Source: a virus (lineage: Duplodnaviria > Caudoviricetes). Taken from it: a stretch of DNA of 48,623 nucleotides. A program made the position numbers and the translations under genes. Where the stretch lies: positions 1 to 48,623 of the IMG/VR virus record IMGVR_UViG_3300034171_000074; one strand, 5' to 3'. Within the stretch, counting starts at the first letter, position 1; each line of letters begins with the position of its first letter. Shown here piece by piece: positions 1 to 9,344 of this stretch. The notes beneath the pieces are model-generated. The model saw only the letters and a list, made by a program, of their open reading frames with translations, was not told the origin of the DNA and searched no databases.

Positions 1-2
1 TT

Positions 3-1787
3 ACGTTACTGACCAAGCTGTACTGTGCCGACAATGCCATGACCGCAGGGGCCATAGACAATATACTAGGTGGGGTAGATTCAGCTGGACCAACTAACGG
101 GACGCTTCAAGCCGACGGCACAAACGCAGCGCCCTCAGCGACAGGGCTAAGCTATAAAGACTCCCTAGTCGCAAAAGGCTGGACAGTGACAGCGAGCGAG
201 GCGATTCCACCGTCATACACACTTGAGTGGAGGCTCGTTGCTGGTCCGGGGGCGACGACCTCAGTAACGGGTATCACTGACCTTTTCTACGATCTGTCCG
301 GACTTACACCTGCTACTGACTATGAGTTCAGGGTATTAGAGACTGACGGAACTACTCCGTCTGCTTTCTCAGCTTGGTTTACTGTAACTACCGCAACAGG
401 AACTGTAAACGTTTCCCTGGTTGCTGATAGTGTTAATTCTGTATCTTCAGTTACTTCACCAACATTAGAACAAACACACTTTTTAACAAGTACCGGTCTT
501 GAATCAGGTAGCACAACTACTAGTTCAACACTTGAGCAAATACACGCACTTATTTCTTCCAGTGTTGAATCAACAGCTACAGTTACAGAATCTGTTTTAT
601 CAGGCAGTGACTACCTGATAGCAGAAAATATAAAGTCTGCATCAAGTACAGAAAGTTCTACCTTTAGCCAAAAGCACAGTCTTGAATCTTTTGGTTTACA
701 GGATATTTCATCTACAGAAAATTCCACCATTCTCCAGAACCACAATCTGGAATCTGTTGGGTTGCAGGCTGTATCGACCACTGAAAACTCTACCTTTCAA
801 ACTGGAGGTAACCACAGTTTATTAGGAAACAGCGTACAAACTGTAACTACAGTCACTGGGACAGATCTTTCACAGTCTCATGTGATTTCGGCCCAAAGTG
901 TAAGCTCAGACTCTGCTGCTTCTTCTTTGGATATACTTCAAAGCCATAAACTAATATCAGGTAGTTTAGAAACAGCCAGCAGCTCAACACAGTCGGTTAT
1001 TTCTCAAATACACGCTATTGCATCAGACAGTCTTACAACGGATAGCAGCACATCGTCAGCGGTTATTGCTCAAGTTAATTACCTGGTAGCCGGTGGGGTT
1101 AATTCTGTATCAAGTACAGAAAACGCCAATATTGTAACTGAAGGCAAAGACTTTTTAGATGCAGACAGCATAAAGTCTTCAGCTGAAACCAGCACACCTA
1201 CCGTTTCTCAAAAACATGCAATTTTAAGCCAGGGTATAAGCTCAAATTCTGATGTTACTTCATCGTCTATATTTCAAAACTATACGTTTACAGCGAACAG
1301 TATTGAAGCTGCTGCCACAGTAGTTACAGCAACCTTAGCCGTAACAGAAGGTAGTTACGCACTTATTGCAGACGGTATTGAATCAGTAAGCACTACGACA
1401 GAAATTGTAATATTACAAAAACATTCACTTGCAGCAGAAAGTTTAAATTCTGAGTCAACGCTTACAGAACCAACTATGTCAGCCAGTATTTATCTACTAT
1501 CTGATAGCGTAGATTCTATAAGCGAAATAACAGTACCTGTACTGTCACAAGTTCACACTTTGAATACTAATGGTGTAATATCTACACCAGTTAGTGACAG
1601 CGGTATATTAGAACAGCTTCACATACTAAACGCAGTCAGTATTGAAGCACGTACCGTAGCAGCGTTGTCTGGTACAATCATTCCAGATTTTAAAGTAGAC
1701 GTTCAGTTAAATTTAAACGTCACCAAAAAAATATTCCATAAGTTGTATGAGAGCAGAAATATAAGCACCACTTTAAATATGGACTAA
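3..1787 (+). CDS. Tail fibre/appendage protein with FN3 domain and ~22-aa Ser/Thr-rich repeat stalk (probably 5'-truncated by the window edge)
   Basis: The frame of ORF 39..1787 is open back to position 3. FN3 signature (YDLSGLTPATDYEFRV) is followed by ~19 repeats of the type TSxTLxQxHxLxSxSVESxSxT. Confidence 0.7.
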   Translation, partial: TLLTKLYCADNAMTAGAIDNILGGVDSAGPTNGTLQADGTNAAPSATGLSYKDSLVAKGWTVTASEAIPPSYTLEWRLVAGPGATTSVTGITDLFYDLSGLTPATDYEFRVLETDGTTPSAFSAWFTVTTATGTVNVSLVADSVNSVSSVTSPTLEQTHFLTSTGLESGSTTTSSTLEQIHALISSSVESTATVTESVLSGSDYLIAENIKSASSTESSTFSQKHSLESFGLQDISSTENSTILQNHNLESVGLQAVSTTENSTFQTGGNHSLLGNSVQTVTTVTGTDLSQSHVISAQSVSSDSAASSLDILQSHKLISGSLETASSSTQSVISQIHAIASDSLTTDSSTSSAVIAQVNYLVAGGVNSVSSTENANIVTEGKDFLDADSIKSSAETSTPTVSQKHAILSQGISSNSDVTSSSIFQNYTFTANSIEAAATVVTATLAVTEGSYALIADGIESVSTTTEIVILQKHSLAAESLNSESTLTEPTMSASIYLLSDSVDSISEITVPVLSQVHTLNTNGVISTPVSDSGILEQLHILNAVSIEARTVAALSGTIIPDFKVDVQLNLNVTKKIFHKLYESRNISTTLNMD

Positions 1788-1791
1788 AAAA

Positions 1792-2118
1792 ATGAGAGAA
1801 GAAACCTTACAGGTGGGATCAATCGGAGCAAAAATAGAAGTGGTGATACAGGAGTTCGATAACGATACCAATACCGATATACCTGCAAACCTATCTTCTG
1901 CCACAACTTTAACTGTATCGTTAAAGCGTCCAGACAACACTACAGTATCAAAAGCTGGTATCTTATCCACAGATGGCTATGATGGTAAAATGTACATAAT
2001 CACAGAAGTTGATGATATTAACGTAGAAGGTACGTATTACGTCCAAAGCCACGTTATATCATCTAACTGGAATGGCTATTCGTCTATCGGCAATTTTGAA
2101 GTACACGATAATCTATAG
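1792..2118 (+). CDS. Small Ig-like virion adaptor (BppU N-terminal-like)
   Basis: 108 aa, beta-rich; pattern NLSSAT..LKRPD..DGKMY..DINVEGTYYVQ is typical of BppU-like adaptors; lies in the structural operon. Confidence 0.55.
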   Translation: MREETLQVGSIGAKIEVVIQEFDNDTNTDIPANLSSATTLTVSLKRPDNTTVSKAGILSTDGYDGKMYIITEVDDINVEGTYYVQSHVISSNWNGYSSIGNFEVHDNL

Positions 2119-2127
2119 GGCTCAGTA

Positions 2128-4098
2128 ATGAATGACGAATCTAAAAAATTGAGCAAACAAGATCTTTTAAAAGCTTTCAAAGCCGATATATCATCTGCCG
2201 ACAGTTTGCGTCTGGAGGTTGTAGCCAGCATTGAAAAGTGGAGAAAAGAGTATAACGGAGAACCTTATGGAAATGAGCAGAAGGGAAAATCAAGCCTGGT
2301 TTCCAGGGACATAAAACGTCAGGATGAATGGCAACATGCCAGTGTAAAAGATCCTTTCGTATCTACTGCTGACATTGTTAAATGCAACCCTGTCACTTTT
2401 GAAGATCGTGCAGCTGCTGAGCAAAATCAGATTATTCTGAATAACCAGTTTGCCAGACAGTTTCCAAGGTACCAGTTTATAACAGACGTAATAAAGCTCC
2501 ACTATTCAGAAGGCACGGTAGTAGTTAAGACAGGTTGGAATTACGAAGACGAAAAAGAAAAAGTTATGATGCCTATTATGGGACTAGTAGATGGTATTCC
2601 TCAGCAAGTAGGTGAGCAGGAAATAGAACAGATTAAAATACTGGTCAATCAGCCTGATGCAACTATTTGCCGATTAGAAGACATCTACATTGACCCAACA
2701 TGCTTCGGTGATCTGAAAAAAGCCAACTTCGTATCTCACAGATTTGAATCGGACATGAGTACCCTCCGCAAAGCAGGCAAGTACAAAAACTTGAAGAAGC
2801 TTGCCATGTCCATGTTGGAAGGTGAAAGCCCTGACTACGATCCTGAAGATGATACAGAGTTCAGATTCCAAGACGTTGCACGTAAAAAAGTTTTGGTTTA
2901 TGAATACTGGGGTGTTTACGATATTGAAAATACCGGTATTGCTGAACCTATTGTAGCAACCTGGGTTGGCGATACACTTATCCAGCTTGAATCTAATCCA
3001 ATGCCGGGTCAGGGTTTGCCTTTTCTTTTACTGAAAAACAATCCAACACCTTTTAAAATTCATGGCGAAGCCAGTGTAGAGCTTATAAGCGATAACCAGA
3101 AGATCACCACAGCCATTAAGCGTGGAATCCTGGATAACATGGCAGGTTCTAACAACGCTCAGAAGGGCGTTCGTAAAGGTGCTTTAGACACGAGAAATAT
3201 GAAGCGGTTTCTTAATGGTAGTAATTTTGAGTACAACGGCGCTCAAAACGATTTTTATGAAGGAAGCTATAACCAAATACCGAACAGCGTTTTTAGCGTT
3301 CTTGAAATGGTTAACAACGAATCTGAAAGCATGTTAGGCATTAAAGCCTTTAGTGGTGGCATTAGCGGAGCTGGCTTGGGAAGCACTGCTACATCAGCTC
3401 GGGGAGCCCTAGATGCAGTATCCGTCAGGCGTTTGGATATCGTTAGAAACATTGCTGAAAATCTAATTAAGCCATTGATGCGAAAATGGATGGAGTACAA
3501 CTCTGAATTTCTAAAAGAAGAAGAAGTTGTACGAATGACTAACGATGAGTTTGTACCTATCAAACGTGATGATTTAAAAGGTTTGGTAGATATTGAAATT
3601 GAAGTAAGCACAGCTGAGGACAATTCTGCAAAAGGCCAAGAGCTTTCTTTCTTGCTTCAAACACTTGGGCAAGGCATGGATACAGGCATGAAGAACTTAC
3701 TTATGTCTCAAATTGCCAAGTTGCACAAAATGCCTGATCTTGCTAAACAGCTTGAAGAGTATCAGCCACAACCTGATCCTTATATTGAGAAAATGAAAGA
3801 ACTTGAAATGCAGAAGCTTATCTCTGAGATTGAAGAGCGTAATTCACGAGCTAGAGAAAATGCTGTAGATATTCAAGTTAAATCAGCCAAGGCATTACTT
3901 GATCAAGCTAAAGCTGGAAACATACAATCTGATACAGATCTTAAAGATTTGGATTTTACACGTACAGCTGACGGCAAAGTATTCCAGGAAGAAATGCAGA
4001 AAAAAGATCATGACAGAACCAGCTCTTTAGCTGGAAAACAATCTGATCGTGAATCTAAAAGAGAAATAGAATACGTAAAGCAGTTGACCAAGCAGTAA
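2128..4098 (+). CDS. Portal protein (N4 gp59-like)
   Basis: 656 aa; N4-type portal motifs (GKSSLVSRDIKRQDEW, GTVVVKTGW, YEYWG, GIKAFSGGISG); position upstream of the scaffold and capsid genes. Confidence 0.9.
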   Translation: MNDESKKLSKQDLLKAFKADISSADSLRLEVVASIEKWRKEYNGEPYGNEQKGKSSLVSRDIKRQDEWQHASVKDPFVSTADIVKCNPVTFEDRAAAEQNQIILNNQFARQFPRYQFITDVIKLHYSEGTVVVKTGWNYEDEKEKVMMPIMGLVDGIPQQVGEQEIEQIKILVNQPDATICRLEDIYIDPTCFGDLKKANFVSHRFESDMSTLRKAGKYKNLKKLAMSMLEGESPDYDPEDDTEFRFQDVARKKVLVYEYWGVYDIENTGIAEPIVATWVGDTLIQLESNPMPGQGLPFLLLKNNPTPFKIHGEASVELISDNQKITTAIKRGILDNMAGSNNAQKGVRKGALDTRNMKRFLNGSNFEYNGAQNDFYEGSYNQIPNSVFSVLEMVNNESESMLGIKAFSGGISGAGLGSTATSARGALDAVSVRRLDIVRNIAENLIKPLMRKWMEYNSEFLKEEEVVRMTNDEFVPIKRDDLKGLVDIEIEVSTAEDNSAKGQELSFLLQTLGQGMDTGMKNLLMSQIAKLHKMPDLAKQLEEYQPQPDPYIEKMKELEMQKLISEIEERNSRARENAVDIQVKSAKALLDQAKAGNIQSDTDLKDLDFTRTADGKVFQEEMQKKDHDRTSSLAGKQSDRESKREIEYVKQLTKQ

Positions 4099-4111
4099 TC
4101 ATTGCTATAAC
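4084..4111 (+). promoter_or_regulatory. Sigma70-type late promoter candidate
   Basis: TTGACC (4084-4089), 16-nt spacer, TATAAC (4106-4111) with an extended -10 TG, upstream of an AT-rich leader for the head genes. Confidence 0.55.
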
Positions 4112-4161
4112 ATTAAATTCGTTGAAAAACTTATAAACATTAAAATTAACAGGACTCATAA

Positions 4162-4512
4162 ATGAGCAACCAAAACGAAAGTGTAGAATTGGAAACAACT
4201 GAAATTGAACATTACGTTGATATGGGACAAGCTCTTAACCGTTTAAAAGATAACTCAGATTTTAAAAAAGTTATTCTTGAAGGTTATTTTAAAGATAAGG
4301 CTTTAGATTCTGTAAGCCTTTTATCTATGCCTGTAATTAAAAAGCGCGGTGAGCGTGGGGATGTTATGGAAGACTTGGTTGCTATTAGTAACCTTCAGTT
4401 CTTCTTTATGACTATTGATCAAATGCACCGTGCTGCAATAGAGCCAATCCTTAGTGACTCTGAAGAAGCTGAGCTTGCTGCTCAAGAAGCATCAGAAAAT
4501 GGAGTTCACTAA
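4162..4512 (+). CDS. N4 gp58-like conserved head-cluster protein
   Basis: Motif ALNRLKDNSDFKKVILEGYF; located between the portal and the gp57-like gene; AGGA RBS. Confidence 0.75.
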   Translation: MSNQNESVELETTEIEHYVDMGQALNRLKDNSDFKKVILEGYFKDKALDSVSLLSMPVIKKRGERGDVMEDLVAISNLQFFFMTIDQMHRAAIEPILSDSEEAELAAQEASENGVH

Positions 4513-5657
4513 TGGTTCAGCCAACCGTCACTGAAGAAGATGTTTTCAATGACGACAAAGATCCCATTGAAGCTATTTACGAAATTCGTCGAAATTCTAA
4601 AGACAGCACTGAAGAAAACATGGAAAGCCTGCAGGAATCCGTGCAGGAAGCCAGTGACAAAAGCGGTGTTGAAGATGAACTAGCTGACGAAATTCCGGAG
4701 CCTGGAGAATCTGAAAAAGCAGAAGAAGGCACAGTAGATAAAGAATCTTCGGATAGTGAAAAAGTTTTCGATGACAGTAAAACGAAATCTGATTCTGACG
4801 CTGAAGGTGGTGATAAATCTGAAGATGGTGAAGCAGAAGACAAAGCCGTAAGTTCAAAAGTACGAAAGTACAGTGCTGACGGCAAAGAATACGAGTTCAC
4901 TGAAGACGAAATTTTTGATCAGTTTGGAACCGTATTTGGCAAAGCGATGAATTACACTCAGAAAATGCAGAAGATCGCTCCGTATCGGAAAATGATCTCT
5001 GCAATGGAAGAGGAAGGCATCACAGAAAGCCAATTCAATACTGCAATTGATGCTCTAAAAGGCAACAAAGACGCAATTCAAAGTTTGATGAAGACCCACA
5101 ATATCGACCCACTGGATATTGACGGGGATTCTGCAACAGAAGACTACAGCCCTACCCAGTACGGAAAATCGGAATATCAGCAGAGAATTGAAGAAGTAAC
5201 CAGCAAAATTAGCTCTGATCCTGAGTACGTGACAACTGTAGACGTTATTCAAAATAAGTGGGATTCGGCCTCTCGAAGTGAGTTCTCGAAAAATCCTGAT
5301 ATGATTTCAGGACTTCATAACGATATTAAGAGCGGCCTTTACGAAAAAGTTATGCCCGTAGCAGCAAAAATGAAAGTGCTAGATGGAAATTCCAAGTCAG
5401 ACATTGAATACTACATGCTTGCAGGTCAGCAAGTTAGCCAGGCGGAAAACTCTGCAAAGAGTTCTGTCGATGAAGCTAACAGTCAGACACAAGAAATGGT
5501 GGACAAGTCTGGTCAGGCATCATCAGAAGCTCAAAGAAAACGTGCAGCTGCATCTACTCGGACACGCGCTGATAAAAAAGGCGTTACCGATTACCTTGAA
5601 GATGACAACGATGAGCATTTCGACGATTGGTACAAAAAACTGATGTCGAAAAACTGA
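4512..5657 (+). CDS. N4 gp57-like acidic protein (scaffold-like; often annotated tape measure)
   Basis: Highly acidic N-terminus, motif KAMNYTQKMQKIAPYRK, immediately upstream of the major capsid gene. Confidence 0.75.
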   Translation: MVQPTVTEEDVFNDDKDPIEAIYEIRRNSKDSTEENMESLQESVQEASDKSGVEDELADEIPEPGESEKAEEGTVDKESSDSEKVFDDSKTKSDSDAEGGDKSEDGEAEDKAVSSKVRKYSADGKEYEFTEDEIFDQFGTVFGKAMNYTQKMQKIAPYRKMISAMEEEGITESQFNTAIDALKGNKDAIQSLMKTHNIDPLDIDGDSATEDYSPTQYGKSEYQQRIEEVTSKISSDPEYVTTVDVIQNKWDSASRSEFSKNPDMISGLHNDIKSGLYEKVMPVAAKMKVLDGNSKSDIEYYMLAGQQVSQAENSAKSSVDEANSQTQEMVDKSGQASSEAQRKRAAASTRTRADKKGVTDYLEDDNDEHFDDWYKKLMSKN

Positions 5658-5668
5658 GGAATTAAACG

Positions 5669-6931
5669 ATGGCTGACAATGTTTACGGTGGACCTTCCGG
5701 TGCGAGTACGCACGGACAGAACACTATTATTCACTATTACGACAAAGCTGGTGTAAAAGCCGCTAACGCCCAGGCTGTGTACGCACAGTTTTCCGACCGA
5801 CGTTCTATGCCGCTTAAGCGTGGTATGACGTACAAGGTCTCCAAATGGTTGCACATCTATGACCGTGAAGTAACTGATGGTGACTTTGCCACCAAAGGCT
5901 ACCTGACCGCCCGTAACATCGCTGATGTTTCTGAAGGTCTCACTGCCACTGATGGTACAGGCGCATCATTGACTGAAGGCTCTGGAGCAACCAACAAACG
6001 CTCAATTAAGAAAGTAACTATCGATACTACTTTCTCTCGCTACGGTGAAATGATCGATTACACCGACGAAGTTGAAATGTTTGCTGAAGACATGGTTCAG
6101 GTTCATTACCGCGAAGAGTTGGGTAAACTGGCTAACATGCGAGCTGAAGATTTGATTCAGTTGGACATGCTGGCAACCACCACTGTTATGTACGCAGGTC
6201 TTGGTACTTCTCTGTCCACTGTTGCTGATGAAGTAACAGCGGTTGATGACACTGATGACTTCCTGGCTCAAATCAACTACGACCTCATCCGTAAGGGTGT
6301 CCGTAAGCTGGTTCGTAACCGTGCTGAAAAGAACACAAGCATTGTCTCAGGTTCCACTAAAATTGATACTCGAACGGTCAACAAGGCGTTCTACGCCATT
6401 GTCGGTCCGGAAGTGAAGTTTGACCTGGAAAATGTTATTCGTGGAACCGTAGCTGAAAATGGTACCACTGAATTTGCCTACGTTCCGGCGTACAAATACA
6501 GTGCTGCTACTAACCTGGCTGAAGGCGAAGTTGGCGCAATGGGTGATGTGCGCTTCATCGAGTCTGAGACTGCTGTTGTGTACCGTGGTGCTGGTGCTGC
6601 TGTACCTGTTGGATACGCTGGTAGCTTGTCTACTACTGTTCTGGATGCAACCTCTGCAGCTTCAATGAACGCCTTTACCGGAACTTCGGATTACGCCAAC
6701 ACTGAAGAGCGTTTTGACGTATTCCCCATCCTGTTCCCGACTAAAGGTGCTTTTGCAACTGTAGGTCTGAAAGGTCATGGCAAGATCAAGTTCAATTCTC
6801 AAGCACCATCGAAAATTGCTCTTGACAACCCATTCGGCACTGTAGGCTTCTTCAGCTACAACATGTGGTATGCAGGTATCATTCTGCGTGAAGAACGCCT
6901 CATGAAGATGATGGTAGCCGCTTCTCAGTAA
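5669..6931 (+). CDS. Major capsid protein (N4 gp56 family)
   Basis: 420 aa; motifs MPLKRGMTYK, SGSTKIDTRTV, GEVGAMGDVRF, DVFPIL, NPFGTVGFFS..WY; GAGGA RBS; codon choice typical of highly expressed genes. Confidence 0.93.
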   Translation: MADNVYGGPSGASTHGQNTIIHYYDKAGVKAANAQAVYAQFSDRRSMPLKRGMTYKVSKWLHIYDREVTDGDFATKGYLTARNIADVSEGLTATDGTGASLTEGSGATNKRSIKKVTIDTTFSRYGEMIDYTDEVEMFAEDMVQVHYREELGKLANMRAEDLIQLDMLATTTVMYAGLGTSLSTVADEVTAVDDTDDFLAQINYDLIRKGVRKLVRNRAEKNTSIVSGSTKIDTRTVNKAFYAIVGPEVKFDLENVIRGTVAENGTTEFAYVPAYKYSAATNLAEGEVGAMGDVRFIESETAVVYRGAGAAVPVGYAGSLSTTVLDATSAASMNAFTGTSDYANTEERFDVFPILFPTKGAFATVGLKGHGKIKFNSQAPSKIALDNPFGTVGFFSYNMWYAGIILREERLMKMMVAASQ

Positions 6932-6957
6932 TTGAGCAGTAGTCTGCTACAGCAGTG

Positions 6958-6983
6958 ATGGACACCTCTTCGGGGGTGTCCAT
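6958..6983 (+). terminator. Stable C(UUCG)G hairpin after the capsid gene (weak terminator or mRNA stabiliser)
   Basis: ATGGACACCTC-TTCG-GGGGTGTCCAT, 11-bp stem with one G:U pair; no long U tract follows. Confidence 0.65.
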
Positions 6984-7015
6984 ATTAACCGTTAAACAAC
7001 CTTTCAGGATTTAAT

Positions 7016-7633
7016 ATGTCTGACCGCGATGAACTGATTAAACAAGCCGAAAAACTAGGTCTGGATTTCCCAAAGAATATCCCAAGTGAAAAGCTATCCA
7101 AGTTGGTAGATGCTGCTTTGGAAGAAGGCCATGATGAAAACCAAAATTTGAATGACGACGAGCTTACAGAAGAAGAAATGAAATTTGAAGAAAGTGAAAA
7201 GGCTGCTAAAGAAAAAGCTGCTAAAGAAGAAGCTCAAGCAGTAGCAGAACTTCAAGAATCCATGAAGAAAACTGAGATCAGCAACAGCGACCGTATGCCA
7301 TCCAAAAGAATGCTAATGCGCCGAAAAATTGCAGAAGCTCGTAAAAAAGCATTCAAGACTCACATTGTCACACTGACCAACAAAGACAGTCGTGAAAATG
7401 ACGTGATGACAACCGTTCAGTTGAGCTTTGAAAACCAACATTTCGGCCTATCAAAAATTGTTCCTCTTGATGTGCCTGTAGAGCTTGAAAAGGCTCTTAT
7501 TGATATCGCAGAAAGTACTCGGATTACTCTGCACAAAGACGAAATTGTTTCTGGCAAACGTACAGGAAACAAGGTTCCTGTATCTGTAAAGAAGTTTGCT
7601 ATAAGCTACGCTCGTCAACAAACTGGAGAGTAA
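7016..7633 (+). CDS. N4 gp55-like protein
   Basis: N-terminal ELIKQAEKLGLDFPKNIPSEKL motif, charged linker and C-terminal globular domain; directly after the capsid gene as in N4. Confidence 0.7.
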   Translation: MSDRDELIKQAEKLGLDFPKNIPSEKLSKLVDAALEEGHDENQNLNDDELTEEEMKFEESEKAAKEKAAKEEAQAVAELQESMKKTEISNSDRMPSKRMLMRRKIAEARKKAFKTHIVTLTNKDSRENDVMTTVQLSFENQHFGLSKIVPLDVPVELEKALIDIAESTRITLHKDEIVSGKRTGNKVPVSVKKFAISYARQQTGE

Positions 7634-7639
7634 CCGCCT

Positions 7640-8335
7640 GTGTACCTATTAGGGAAAGCTACGACGATTGAATGGGAAATACTGGCAACAGTATCCCCTC
7701 CTATTCTTGGGGATCTTGATCTTCTAATCATTGACCCTAATGGAAGCACCTCTTATACAGAGAGTGCTATAGCTGCCCAGGACTATACGCCTCCAACGGC
7801 TAACACTAACGGTACTGTAAAATACGTCATAACGCCCTCACTGGAGGGGTTTTGGCGTATCCGTTTAGTTTCAGGAACAGCAAACCAATACACCATTCTT
7901 TCTAAGGTAGAGATGTACGTGTTTGACAACACGACCGTAACATCCCCTTATTCGGACGACATAGGCAAGCCAGCACCGTATGACATCAGCTACTACCTGC
8001 AAGGCTATGTAGTCCCTGGTGAACTCTACGGCAGCTTCGTAGCTTCGAGATCCATAAGCCTTGCTATGAATGCTCCAGGTTCCAGAGCAGTATGTGAAGA
8101 TACTGCACAATTCTTTGATTTAACGCTCTCCATCAGAAAAGATAACATTGAAATTGGCACAATTGTGTTTGCTACTGAGTCTTATACAGGGGTGATAACT
8201 ATAGACCCTACACTTATTGTTCCAGGTGACAAACTTCAAATATTTGTAGGCGTTGGAACAGCTGACGCACGTATTAGAGACATAGCCGTAAACTTGGTAG
8301 GATGTTGCATAATCGTCCCTTGCACAGTGTTGTGA
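7640..8335 (+). CDS. Virion structural protein with N-terminal Ig-like adaptor domain
   Basis: GTG start with GGAG RBS; the N-terminal ~95 aa align by eye with ORF 12966..13307. Confidence 0.6.
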   Translation: MYLLGKATTIEWEILATVSPPILGDLDLLIIDPNGSTSYTESAIAAQDYTPPTANTNGTVKYVITPSLEGFWRIRLVSGTANQYTILSKVEMYVFDNTTVTSPYSDDIGKPAPYDISYYLQGYVVPGELYGSFVASRSISLAMNAPGSRAVCEDTAQFFDLTLSIRKDNIEIGTIVFATESYTGVITIDPTLIVPGDKLQIFVGVGTADARIRDIAVNLVGCCIIVPCTVL

Positions 8336-8336
8336 T

Positions 8337-9344
8337 ATGCCACTATACGTCGGAACTGCCCAAAAACGTAGAAGAGTAAAACTTCTTACTGCAGGAAAAG
8401 ACACTTTTAATTTAACCAACGTGGTTGGCAACACGGTAAACATAGAAGCTATTTTAAATGACGTAACCAATCTGAGAAACGTAAAAATTGAGTGGGTACA
8501 AACTGCAGGTGAGATAACAAATCTCTCTTCTACCGATACGTTAAAAACATCTTACGTAGACGGTGACAGCAGTGACAAGACTTACAGAGTTTACTTGGAT
8601 AGAGACACAAACAGAGAACAAACAGAAGACATAACTTTTTATAAAACACCTACTTCTATACAGAAAAGTGTTAACGGCGTTTCTTCAAAAATAGGCTTCA
8701 TACCGCAAACAATACCAAATTTAAGATTTGAAACAGGTACAACACTTCCTCCTGTTCAAGGAATATTTATACCAGATATAGCTATTGAGTCAGGCTACGG
8801 AATATCTTTTGATCCTACTTCTATTTCTGGTTTAGCTGGAAATGCTACAAAAATTCAATTGTGGGGAGCTGTAGGTGTAATAAGCTACGTTCATCCAGAA
8901 CTTATTACAGAAGAGTTTGTTGTAGATGGTGTTATACCTACTTTTTTTGTTGTTCCTGAAGGGTCTTATAGCGTAGAAATAGAGTACGAAAATGGAAGAA
9001 CCAAAAGCTACAGGTCTCCAACTATATTTATGGAGCCTGCAGGCATCTCTGTTAAAACTTCAGGCACTGATGATGTACTGCTCATTAGCAAAAGTGGAAC
9101 TTCTTTAAAAGCTTATGACTTAAAAAGATTTACCTTCGCAAAATCGGAAAGTACAACTATCTACAATATTTCTAGTGGAACTTCATTAAAAACTAATAAC
9201 CTTGTACGGTACGAAAATATTAGTTTTAACTCTGATGAAGATCCTGCTTTTGACAACACAAGTTTGTTTACAAACAAATCCGGTACGGGTATTAAGTTAT
9301 ATAACTTGGTAAGGCTTAACCCCTCGAATGTAGGTAGCACCTAA
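8337..9344 (+). CDS. Putative virion appendage protein (PKD/Ig-like N-terminal domain)
   Basis: 335 aa, beta-rich; IEWVQTAG resembles the PKD-like WxQxxG motif; coupled to the neighbouring genes. Confidence 0.5.
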   Translation: MPLYVGTAQKRRRVKLLTAGKDTFNLTNVVGNTVNIEAILNDVTNLRNVKIEWVQTAGEITNLSSTDTLKTSYVDGDSSDKTYRVYLDRDTNREQTEDITFYKTPTSIQKSVNGVSSKIGFIPQTIPNLRFETGTTLPPVQGIFIPDIAIESGYGISFDPTSISGLAGNATKIQLWGAVGVISYVHPELITEEFVVDGVIPTFFVVPEGSYSVEIEYENGRTKSYRSPTIFMEPAGISVKTSGTDDVLLISKSGTSLKAYDLKRFTFAKSESTTIYNISSGTSLKTNNLVRYENISFNSDEDPAFDNTSLFTNKSGTGIKLYNLVRLNPSNVGST

